Below, in pieces: positions 22,480 to 33,462 of a stretch of DNA of 64,000 nucleotides. The stretch covers positions 1-64,000 of the forward strand of contig MCFE01000201.1 of assembly GCA_002104905.1 (NCBI GenBank). Direction: 5' to 3'. The notes under the pieces are model-generated. The model searched no databases and had not been told where the DNA came from. It worked only from the letters and a program-made list of their open reading frames with translations. This DNA comes from Basidiobolus meristosporus CBS 931.73 (lineage: Eukaryota > Fungi > Basidiobolomycota). How positions within the stretch are numbered: the stretch's first letter is position 1; each line of letters starts with the position of its first letter. A program made the translations under genes and the position numbers.

Positions 22480-23305
22480 ATGAGTGCCCGCAAAGCCTCA
22501 CACATCCTGGTTTCAAAATCAATAGCCCGCGTTTCTCTCTCCGCGAGTTGGCAACTTTATCTGGCCCAAATTATGCCATCGAGTGCTTGCCAGATCCACG
22601 TTCAGTCCTCCAATAATGACAAGAGAAGTATTGCTAACCTTGGATACTTTGAGTTGCCCGAAGAGCTTCTAAACAACGTCCACCCTACGTCTGTTCAAAA
22701 CGACTTTATCTCTCGTCAACTTCCTTCGGACGAGCTGGAGAGGTGGGACATAGGGTTAACCAAGTATCACGAGCCTGCCAATATTTATGATAAGGTGGCC
22801 TTGACAGTGGTCAAATCACTACGTATCCCCACCGATCTGTTCTCTCGAAAGAAGTATATGCACAGAGCAGTGGTATGTATCAGTATCTTGCCACTTGGTT
22901 GAGCGTCTTTAATATGTACACACAGGCTCTTGAGACCATTGCTGCAGTGCCCGGAATGGTTGGTGGTAAGGTGCTTTTCTGACTTGTATTCTGAGTGGGT
23001 GCTTATGTTATCTTCCCCAGCGGTGAGATACGTCACTTACGAAGCCTTCGGAAGATGCAACACGACGGAGGGAAGCATTATGTTGTGAATTCACTGGATG
23101 AACGTTTATGTTGAGTTGGCCTGTGTAGGTTGGATCACCCATCTGTTACATTAAGCAGAGAATGAAAGGTAATGGGTGATGCCACGGACAATACCGCCTG
23201 CATTGCAACACCCGACTCACCTTAATTTCGAGAATAGAATGCATTTACTTACCTGGACTCATTAGCTGATGAATTACTCTTGCTGGACCTACCATTTGGG
23301 AGTGA
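22480..23305 (+). pseudogene. AOX: Alternative oxidase pseudogene; multiple lesions and 3'-truncated
   Basis: KVALTVVKSLRIPTDLFSRKKYMHRAV|ALETIAAVPGMVG|A..RHLRSLRKMQHDG|GWITHLLH*AENER|MHLLTW. Lesions: +2 frameshift at ~23023-23030, donor GT>GG at 23071-72, E>TAA at 23152-54, and TGA at 23303-05 after PTIWE. No YLEEEA exon seen downstream. Confidence 0.9.
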
Positions 23306-23933
23306 CCTCGGTACTCAGAAGGTATCGAGTTTTCCGAGGGACTTGCCAGTTAACTCTCCTTCTTATATTAGTTAAGAACGTGAAGCAATAGTTACAGTGA
23401 GGATTTCAACCGAATTAAAGAATCTACGTTTTGGCGAACCCTTAATATACCAATATCATGTAGCAGTTGATGTGTTGCAAACTCATCCCTTGTTCCCCAC
23501 CTAGCATGTGCTGCTCATTCACTTGGCCCAGCCGCATATTTGCCCGTGAGGTGTGTGCAATATTCTTACACTTCCAGCAGTTACAAGATGATTGCAGTAT
23601 CTATATGGAGAAAAATGTACCGGGAAAAAGGAGGGCCCTAAATGCTTTATATTGATAGTAACACTGCGATAGTAGGATGATTGAAATGCCTACCAGAATG
23701 GACTTTTGCGAGTTTCGAAAATATGCACTCATCAGCGAAATTTGCAATTCTGCATACTTGCTAGAAATCTCAGCTCATAGCAAGTAAATAGTCAATATTT
23801 ATGTGCCATAATTGAATCTATTTGAGTAACCTTTGTTTTCGATTTATGGCCAATTCCTTAAAATCAGTTTATTATTCTATGATTGCTCAAAAGGTTGTGA
23901 TTAATACACTTTAGTTGGCGTTTCTCACAAGAC

Positions 23934-26735
23934 ATGAAGAAGCGTCCGAATTACTACGCCGTTAGGAAAGGGCGCGTCTGCGGAGTGTTTCGGAACTGGC
24001 CTGATTGCAACGCTCAAGTGTACAAATATAGCGGGGCAGAGTTCAAATCGTTTGAAACCTTGCCGGACGCTGCACTCTGGCTTGGAATTGAAGCTAAAGC
24101 CTTAGAATACTCCGAAGATATTAATGGCTGGTCGTGGACTCCCAAAGTTCCAGAGGAAAAAGGCATTTTCAACAGTGTCTCGAATGGAACCTTGTCTCCC
24201 GAGTGGGACAACTGCATCATGGATGGCGTATATTTGGATTCGTGCCCTGACTTACCGCCGCTAGAACAGCACAATCCCATCCCATATATATCTACAGAGC
24301 TTCGTCACAATGGATTCATTGCAACGCAATACACCTACTCGCCTTTTGCTGTTCAATACCCAGATTCAACCGAGCCTATTGCCAACGAAGATACACCCAC
24401 ACCACAAAAGCAGGGAGCGAGCGTTGGTATACTCGCTAAAGATGCCACCAAAAACGAAACGGCTCCACAGCTAGAATCACTTCAAAACACGAATCCTGAT
24501 GTTGGTAAACAAGAAAGGCCTCAAGGTGTGACCCAATTCTTCGACTGGAACGCAGACTTCATATCGTTCTCCGACTCTTATGAAGAATTCCAAGAGTTGC
24601 AGCCCGAGGTCAAGCTCTCAGCAGAACAGGAGGAAGTCTTACAAGCATTCGTAAGTGGCCCCGTTTACTCAAGCGTTTGGATGAACTGTGCGCATGTCTG
24701 ACCTACATTTCAACACAGGGAGAGAAAGCAAATCTCTTTATTACTGGGTCGGCGGGAGTCGGCAAAAGTTTTATTTTAAAGCAAATCATTAGGCAATGCT
24801 ACGCTTTGTCAAAGGTTTGCGTGGTGACCGCTTCCACCGGGATCGCTGCTGTGGCTCTAAACGGGCTTACCGTCCACTCCTTTGCGCGCCTTAACTTGGG
24901 CCAGGATCCAGCCACGAAAATGTGCGTATTTTACAAGTCATCGCTGCGTGTCGTGTTCACTCACTGACAAGCTTGGGCCCATAGCGCGGCAAAGATCATG
25001 TATAGCAAAGCCTGCACAAGCACCAGAAAGCTTATGGAGAAACTAGATATTCTGGTTATTGATGAGATCTCCATGCTTTCGGACGATACGTTCGAGAAGC
25101 TGGACCTGGTATTGAAGATTGTAAGGGAATCCTCGGTGCCCTTCGGAGGAGTGCAATTGGTTGTGTGTGGGGATTTTTATGCAAGTATATCTCTTATTCC
25201 ATGAGGCGAGGTGCATGTCTAACCGCAAGACCTTGTTGCAGCAACTCCCTCCGGTCCCCAGTAAGCGATATTGCCCAGAGTGTGGTTCGGATAATAGCGT
25301 TCCAGCACCGAATCACGGGTGGGATATGGTGAATTGTTTAGGTGAGGTCAACTTCGATCTGTGTGGCGCTCTGTACCATACAGATACAAGGTTTGTATTC
25401 CAGTCTCCAATCTGGGATGCTGCGAACTTCAAAGTGTTTCAAATGAAGCAAGTATTCCGACAAGCTGACCAGCACTTTGTAAAAATTCTCAACAAGATCC
25501 GAGTTGGGATTTGTGATGCAGAAGTGCTCGAGACCCTTCAGCAATGCAATCGCCCTGTGACCAACGAGGTACGATCCGAATCTTTTCATCTGGGAACTTT
25601 CTGCTTTATTCAAGTAATGGTTAGGGCATGTCTCGACTTTACTGTACTAGGGCTCAAGTTATGCGCGAGAACGCTAAGGAATTCGTGAAGATACAAAGCC
25701 CTGTCTACTCCTACAGCGTCATCAGTGGGTGGGCCAACGCAAGTTTCGCACATCTAGTGGAGCAAGTGAGAATTCCTGATTTCGTATTCCTTTGCCGCAA
25801 TTCTCATCACCGCTTATCAGGTTGGGCAGGGGCCGATCCCTGATACCATAAAGTTGAAAATCGGCTGCAAGGTAATTCTTGTCAAGAATCTAGACTTCCA
25901 TCGGGGCCTTGTCAACGGATCCCAGGGCGTTATCACCAAAGTAAGTCTTTGCACACACAGCTCCTGGATCCATCGCATCCCACTTAGCTCTGGCAGTTTA
26001 TCCCGATTAGAGTTTCGTCTAAGCATCATGAGTTCAACGACCAACTGATTTCCCCTTTTCAAGCTGCGTTTCAGGAATGGGAATCCATAGAGGCACATCA
26101 GTGGGTTCCAGTGGTGAAATTCACTAATGGCATTGAATGTGCCATCAAACAACATTACTGGACCGTTGAAGTAATGGGCCATGTAGTGGCATGGAGAATT
26201 GGGTTACCCTTGATCCTCTCGTATAAGTTGTCCTTTATTTCTTTGTGTAGCGTAGATTATTGACTCGTATTTCTTCCCAGATTTGCTATAACTGTACACA
26301 AATCCCAAGGAATGACGCTTGATTATGTTGGCGTAAGTTGCTTACTCTTCTATCGCATTGCTATCTTAGCATCACTCATGCTCAACTCGATGCTCTCGGT
26401 AGATCTCATTGGTTCGAGCATTTTCTCCTGGCCAAGGCTATGTAGCAATTAGTCGAGCGCGAAGCCTAGAAAACTTACAGTTGGATAGATTTAACCCTTT
26501 GGTCATCCGAGCACACCCATTGGTCAAAGCTTTCTATCAGAATATCAAGAACAACCCAGCCAAGAAAGTCTTGACACATGGTGGAGAACAAGAAACCAAA
26601 AACTCGCCAGAGCTATCGGGGCATAGTGAATACCAGGACGTTTACATAGCAAGTACGTTCCATGGGTCAGCTAAAAGAATTTGGGAGGAAGCAATCATAT
26701 CTCCTAGCCAGAAACCCCGATATTTTGATTCATAG
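23934..26735 (+). CDS. PIF1: Pif1-family 5'-3' DNA helicase with N-terminal RNase H1 hybrid-binding (Cauli_VI-like) domain; multi-exon, apparently intact
   Basis: N-terminus YYAVRKGRVCGVFRNWPDCNAQVYKYSGAEFKSFETLPDAALWL. Helicase motifs LFITGSAGVGKS, TASTGIAA, LVIDEISML, FGGVQLVVCGDFY|QLPPV, QVFRQAD, LKIGCKVILVKNL..LVNGSQG, FAITVHKSQGMTLD, PGQGYVAISRAR all splice in frame, using one GC-AG intron. Confidence 0.93.
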
Positions 26736-27235
26736 ACCTGTAAATATGTCCATATATTATCCCCGCTACAAACATAATATTGATATTAAAGAGCTCTGTT
26801 TATGCAGACTGGGTGTGTTATTGTTAGGATACCAAGTGATATATACATTACATCTCCAACTCTGAGGTACATCAAGGCTCGAAAGATATGGCACTAGAAT
26901 TGGCGAGTTAACAGCATGACCTCCATATATTCAAATAAGTCAATCACCACCTCAACACCACAAACCGGACGAATGCATCACGGACAACGCTATACATAGA
27001 TCCAAGCTAATACGAAGCCTAGACCGAGCTTCCAGTTTCTCAAGTGCTAGAAGAGGCGTCGGAATAAAATAGTTTCATTCATTTAAACACATGCTCACTC
27101 ACATCGTTGCAAGGAAAGATACACACAAAATTCACTTGAAGAGACGACAAATAAATGAGCCGATCATGAGAAACAAAAGCGGCTGGAGATCCAAGGACGC
27201 CCATGTTACTAGTAGATTTGATAGAATCGGCTCAC

Positions 27236-27484
27236 TCAGGAGGTATTCATCACAAGGGTAGGTAGTGGCGGGAATATGAACACCCTCTCAGGACTTGAGC
27301 CAGTTGACGAGCGGACCGGCGAACGGTCGTACTCCTCTGGTGAGTGTGTGAAATACACCTTTTCAAAGCGACTGAATCTCACCGACTTTGAATTTGTAGG
27401 CGAGGCTCCTTCACTCGATGTTGGTGGTAGGTTTCTTGTGTTGATTGTGACAGGTGGCTGTCCTTTTAATGCGATAAGAGGCAT
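27236..27484 (-). CDS. 82-aa protein with a Bni4/neurabin-like PP1-docking motif
   Basis: ATG at 27484 within ORF 27236..27622; KSVRFSRFEKVYFTHSPEEYDRSP = RVxF followed by a T(H/Y)S..EYDR motif. Confidence 0.65.
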   Translation of the reverse strand: MPLIALKGQPPVTINTRNLPPTSSEGASPTNSKSVRFSRFEKVYFTHSPEEYDRSPVRSSTGSSPERVFIFPPLPTLVMNTS

Positions 27485-27935
27485 CGTGTCGAAGTAATGA
27501 ATGATAAACGTAAAGAGGGATGATCGCACACAGATAGTCGGTCTGGAAGACTTATAGCTGCAAGATATCAATAGGCCAGCTGGTAGAAAACTCAAATCAG
27601 GTAGGATACGAAGCCAAAGCAATATTACCTCGAGGCCTGCTCGAAATAAAGCTTACTCTAAGAACTCAGAAGTGTTTAGAACAAACCAAGAGCCAAACAA
27701 AGCAAGACCGGCTAATAGGCTTGGATTAAGAGGGTGTGGCTTTGAGATAGTATGGTAGGATGTTAGCTTGAGGTTGAGGACAACGATCATGGAGGTTGTA
27801 TATATAAGCTCTGGGATGCACTCCATTAGCATATTAATCGACCAATCAGCGGCACGATGCGACGAAGGATCCTGCCGAGGTACAAATATGGAAAACAGGA
27901 CATTGGGAACCCATGTGTGGTATTGAATAAATTAT

Positions 27936-29257
27936 TCACAAGTGATATTGTTCCGCTTTAATTTCCTCAACGAAATTTGTACAATGGTATGGTGCCAAAT
28001 TAATACAATGGCGATCGGGTTTACCAGCGTTTCTTGATACACCATTCTCGTTGGCGTCTCCTAATTTCCATGCTTCCTTCTTCCACCACAAGCGATGTGC
28101 ATATAGGTATCTATTAATAGAGTAGAGCACCAGTGAAAGCCGCTGCTTTCCATGCCCCTCTTTGCTTACGGGATGTATTCTAAGGATATTTGACTTTTGG
28201 AATGAATCGGCCTCTACATCAATTGTATAACCCAGTTCCTGCTCTGCGATATTGAAAATTCCATGTGGCGAAATGACGAAATGGCTGGGTCCCAACAAGG
28301 CACTCAGGGTGAACCAGATCTGTGAAATAATCTTCCTTACATCATAGGAACAAGGCACATATGGGTTGACAAACTTGGCCAGGCAGGTTTGCACCTCCAA
28401 TGCGTACGTTATTAATAGAGTAGCAATAATGGAAAAGTCTAGGACTTGCTTAGGTCGCTGTTAGATTTGTTTTCGAGTACGGGTATTTGTGTAACGTAGC
28501 TCAATGCTGGCCCATGATGGATATCAATTTTAAAGGGGCCTTCGGTAATTCAAGTAAACACTAACATTCGTACCAGGGTACGTCTACTCGAATAGCAGCA
28601 ACATTAGGAGCCAATACTAAATGATGGGCTGGCCTTGGGTGTTTCATCCAGCAGCGCTCATGCTTTGTGATCATTATTTTGCATATCGCCTCGCCTACCT
28701 CGTGATGGAAAATATTCGAGCTCGCATGATCAAATGATATCAATACAGCGCCATTCCAAACCACCTTATATAATACATGAGTGATTTCAGCACACAATTT
28801 AATTAGATGCGCGGATCTATTTCAATTGAATGTAAGCCGCCGTACAATGAGAAGCATGTGCTACAGTATGGCTGCTATGGACTACAAACATCCACTGTGC
28901 TAGGTGTGTTGCACGGTAAAGGTACCATGGAATTTTCAATGCCTATTTTCGCCAATCGCTCACCGCCCATATCGGCCAACAAGGATTTGCTGTGTATTCG
29001 TCGTTCCTATTGATTGGCATGATTTTCCCTTGGTTTCTGTTAGGTGATAATCTTATACAATGAAACCCCGCCCAGAGTGTGGTCCCACTCCAGCTAATTG
29101 ATTATTTATTCAACTACCTCATCAAGGATGATGCACCCGACTTCACTCCAGCATTATGAAGATTCGTTCTGTCCATATCTATGGCCTGTGTACTCGATTT
29201 CAGTGTATCCTTTTCCGATGCTCCTCCAAGGATGTCGTAATGCACCCAAGTATCCAT
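27936..29257 (-). CDS. Hypothetical spliced gene or pseudogene, unknown product
   Basis: Collinear ORFs 29114..29296, 28561..28797 and 27936..28400 with plausible GT/AG borders. One apparent frameshift near 28985. No family recognised. Confidence 0.35.
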
Positions 29258-30035
29258 CCTCAATAAGATCCAAAGATAGAGACAAAGCGTAAGCAAATTA
29301 GATTATTCTAAAACCTCATTAAGTAGGTGCTAATAATAAAACAACATATGAGAAATACTCCCAGAGCATGGCCCTTGAATTTTCAGGCGATGATCAGGAT
29401 GCTTGGTGACCAATTATCATGGACCTACCATAGTGCAATGGCCAAATTATGCTAGGTTGGTCTGGATTATGTCAATAGTCTTGATGTTTTTGAGGAAAGA
29501 AAGTCAGTGCCATTCGAATACTTGAGGGTTGTCACGTGAGCTGACGTCGATGAAGTAGACCAACTTGAGCCACCCGGTCAGTGGTTTTGGCATTTCGTTT
29601 AACAATACTCCCATTCCCAAGGGGATCTGGCAGCGTAGCAGAAATGATCTATTCATAGCTACCTCGGCCGCCTCTCCATTGCGGTTTCGGTTTATTTATA
29701 TTTGCAGCGTATCGAGATTTACTCTATACGGTGCATTTCATTCCGGAGGGATAATTGTAGAAAATCGATGCAGTGAAATCCTCGTATTATTTGCTGGCTC
29801 TAGATTGGAGGTGCTACCATTGGATTTCGGACTGATATTTGGGAAGGAAAAATATAAGGCGTATACTGATTCTCTCAAGAACTGACTGGCCTGTAGCGGA
29901 GCTTCGGTTTGAGAATCATTTCGCTGACCGTTATAAATATCACTTGGAATGCAGATTCTGAGGTATATATACGTGGGGAATTACATCTTCACAACCAGAC
30001 TCTAATAACCATATCTCGCGTTGAACTCATTCAAT

Positions 30036-31901
30036 ATGCATTTCAATCGGAGATATCATATTCTATGGGCTTTGCTGCCTTCCTTATTTCAACCGGTATT
30101 TAGTCAGCTTTCAGATGCCCCTGTGAGGTTCACTCCTACTATTGGTAATACAGCACCATACAGCTACACTATGGCACTACCGTCCATCACTGTAACGTAC
30201 TTTGTCCCATCCCATACAGTGATTGGCGTAGTGGCTGGTTACTCAGGAACTGTGACTGTCTCATCCGCTAAATTCACGGATGATGTGGATGCGATCACAT
30301 TCACAGAGCTCTTCCGCGGCTCGTCTGTTGTGAATACCTATCCTGCGAGCACCGTGATAAGAGATCTCCCACCTAGAACTGTTTACCAAAATATCAATCC
30401 CACTACGGTTTCGAGATACTTACCTACCTCGCTCTTTACTGCTACTTTGGGCCAGATCACGCAAACGGTATATAAAAATGTACCGGTTCCCACGGTGACC
30501 TTGAGTGGCCCAGATGACCCCAACAGGAGTACTCTATGGACTTACACCGAGCTGAAGAATTCGTTTAATCTAGAGGTCACCCTCAATGGACCCACTATTA
30601 CCCATCTGATAGGAAATAACGTCAACACCGAAATAGTTCCACCCGAAACAGTTACATATTCCGATGATGGCTCTATTTCAGTCACCGTTTATTCGCAGGA
30701 GACAGTGACAAACACGGGAGAACCTTACTTCACTGAAACACTTTATAGCACTGTTGCAACTAGGCCAGTTGGATCAACTGTGGTTACTGATTTATTCCCC
30801 CCTGTGTTTGTCACTAACTACCCTACGCTTACTGTCACACAACCAAGTACTACCTTGATGCCATCAATAATTACTGGCACAATCACACCGTCTATCAATT
30901 CGGTGATTTCTGTGGATTCGACCTCGCTCACCACTTTCATCAATACGCCTACAGTCACAGTAACTCAGCCAAGTGTGTCCTTGCTGCCTTCTACGATTGT
31001 TGATAGTGTTACACCACCTCCCTCGGTTATTTCGGAAGCATCGGTATCCTTAATGACCTTTTCTATCACCCCTACCTCATCTGTCACCATTACCTCTACA
31101 ATCCCAACCACCATTACTGAGACAGTCGGAAGTCCAAGTGGGCCAACTACTACCACAATGACAGCTTCTGTCACCATCAGTAGCACTGAAACTCAATCGG
31201 GCGTTGGATCAACTATCACCGATGGTATTTATGTCCCCTCTACTCTTACGGAAACAGCTACAATCCAGTCAGGCGAAAATGAAATCAACCCTGGAGATGG
31301 TGGCGGTGGGGATTACTCCACTGGCATGAACGGCCTTACAACACTAGTGACTAGGACAATTACCGCTTCTCCCAATGGTATTAATATGTCTGTCACTACT
31401 TTAGAGACTTCCACTAGAATCGCCCATGACCCCGTCTCCTTACCACATACAGAGAGTAGGACTGTCACCGTGACGACCACTATTACTGATCTTGATGTCA
31501 GAGCAGATGATACCATATCTCTTACAAGGACCGTTACCTACACCGAGACAAACCACGGGGAATCAAGAAACGTTATCACGGCTACCATAACTACGATAAG
31601 CAATAAAACGGATCCCAACGGCAACGAAGTAACGAGAACCACAACCGAAACCGAGACCGAAACTGAGATCAACGGTGGCATTGATTTCCTGGATGATAAT
31701 TCAAGCGCGGCACATTTCGATATAAGCACCGACAAAATACTTGCCAATCTTGGTCGTGATTGTGTCTCTGGTAGATACAAATGCGATGGCGATGGGTTTT
31801 ATCAATGTATCAACAAGGCTTGGCGTCGACGCCCCTGTGGCGAAGGAGCTCGCTGTTACCCTAGTGAAGACTACAAGGTAGCCTGTAGAAATTATGTCTA
31901 A
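30036..31901 (+). CDS. Secreted Ser/Thr-rich mucin-like protein with C-terminal Cys-rich chitin-binding module (CBM19-like); intronless
   Basis: Signal-peptide-like MHFNRRYHILWALLPSLFQPVFSQ, a long T/S/V/P-rich region, and C-terminal CVSGRYKCDGDGFYQCINKAWRRRPCGEGARC. Confidence 0.8.
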   Translation: MHFNRRYHILWALLPSLFQPVFSQLSDAPVRFTPTIGNTAPYSYTMALPSITVTYFVPSHTVIGVVAGYSGTVTVSSAKFTDDVDAITFTELFRGSSVVNTYPASTVIRDLPPRTVYQNINPTTVSRYLPTSLFTATLGQITQTVYKNVPVPTVTLSGPDDPNRSTLWTYTELKNSFNLEVTLNGPTITHLIGNNVNTEIVPPETVTYSDDGSISVTVYSQETVTNTGEPYFTETLYSTVATRPVGSTVVTDLFPPVFVTNYPTLTVTQPSTTLMPSIITGTITPSINSVISVDSTSLTTFINTPTVTVTQPSVSLLPSTIVDSVTPPPSVISEASVSLMTFSITPTSSVTITSTIPTTITETVGSPSGPTTTTMTASVTISSTETQSGVGSTITDGIYVPSTLTETATIQSGENEINPGDGGGGDYSTGMNGLTTLVTRTITASPNGINMSVTTLETSTRIAHDPVSLPHTESRTVTVTTTITDLDVRADDTISLTRTVTYTETNHGESRNVITATITTISNKTDPNGNEVTRTTTETETETEINGGIDFLDDNSSAAHFDISTDKILANLGRDCVSGRYKCDGDGFYQCINKAWRRRPCGEGARCYPSEDYKVACRNYV

Positions 31902-32695
31902 CGCACTATCCTACAGAAAAAAGCACACCACTTAAGCCAATAAGTGTACTAAACCGATTGAAATAAATAAACTCCTCAATATTTATTCCAGCTATAGTGT
32001 AGGGTCAACAAGCTCGCCTTTTCATCCACCAGTCTCAAAGTGAGATAGGTCCATCCATCACGCCAAATGCTCATGGTTGAAAGTTGAACATTGATGAGAC
32101 ACCAGTGGACCGTTTATTAAAGATGAACTTTCCCGCTGAATTCTGAAATTCATTGTTTACCTACTTCACAACCGCAGCTACATGTCTAGCTGGAGTTGAG
32201 TTTTAACTGCTGATCGAGTGGATTTTCGGTTGTGAATCGGGATCGGTCTGTTTTTGCTGAGCAAATGAAGATTTGATTTATGTCAAATGGCATCAGCCTA
32301 AGTCACGCTACAGATAGCTTCAGAAACATAGATTGCTAGGAAAGCAATGTCAATCATGCTTGTTGTCCGCAGCTTGGGCTGATTTCCTCAGGCAATCAAG
32401 GCCCGATACGTTTTCTAGAGTGGTGTTCGCTGGTTGAGTCCCTCTAGCCGCATGAATTCTGCAGCAAGTCGGCGTTTGCGCCAGCCAATATACATATAGT
32501 CACATAAATCAGGCTTTATTTACATTGCATACTTATAATTCCAATGATAGGCTTGACAAATTCGATCGCTATATTACTCTACTATACAACTACATGTACA
32601 CATCGACTTCCTCAATCACGGCACCAGTCGCTTCGCAAATTCTATTAGACATTTCAGCGTAAGTCATACGCAACCCAAAACCATTTCGAAGAGAT

Positions 32696-33462
32696 CTAAC
32701 TACTGTACGACTCGGTGGAGGCTCTGGTAAGCACCTGGTTATCTAGATCGTCCCAGTGGCGTTGCTCCGTCAGATAAGCACGACGTACAAGCATGGAAAG
32801 AATACCTGTGGCAACCTGAACATCGAATTAGAGAAAACATTCAATGGCTAGCATCAAGGATGAACCCAATAAACATACCGATAACAGTATCGCCCAACTG
32901 TAGATTATCATCAAGCTGGTGTGTAGGCTAGCATTTGTCAAGCGCTGTAGATGCCAAGCCAGAGCGTATCCATACGGAATCGGCGTTGATCTAAACCACG
33001 AGTCGTACATATGCTTGGATATTAAATCCGTCTCCAGAGCGTCTTGGGCATAGCTGGTGATTTTTATTACACGAGTACTGATCAGGATACAAAAGATGAT
33101 CCAGAGAATGTGTAATATACTCCATAGAGAATACTAATGCAAAAGAATGAATAACAGCTCTACGCCCAATCAAAATACAATGGCCAACTTACAAATAGTA
33201 GGATCCGCTTGACATATCGAAGCGAACCATAGAGATTAGCCACACAAACACCGATCAATAGGATATTTGCGGTTATAGAAACGTACAGCGATTGTGTGCG
33301 TGCGTGATAGAAATCGAAATATATCAGCAGCAGTAATGATATCTATCCAAGAAAGCAAGTTGGCGTAAGACTCGGCATTGCAAGCGAATATCAAAGATGA
33401 AAGTCTACCAATTCCACACTTAAGAAGGCGATTAAAATCTCCTTCATCGTTGTCATATCCAT
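32696..33462 (-). CDS. Four-TM membrane protein of unknown family (4 exons, ~190 aa; mostly missed by the ORF track)
   Basis: ATG 33462; three phase-0 GT-AG introns give MDMTTMKEILIAFLSVEL|ISLLLLIYFDF...ILLIGVCVANLYGSLRYVKRILLF|YSLWSILHILWIIFCILIST...SLMIIYSWAILLS|VATGILSMLVRRAY...ESYSS*. Confidence 0.8.

Noticed and set aside
23934-26735. Helitron interpretation of the Pif1 gene
   Set aside because: No Rep/HUH motifs or Helitron termini recognised; the gene looks like a spliced cellular Pif1.
29531-29548. GTCACGTGA E-box plus TGACGTC upstream of the CBM19 gene as a target of the local bHLH
   Set aside because: CACGTG is expected about 16 times by chance in 64 kb; there is no enrichment or functional evidence.
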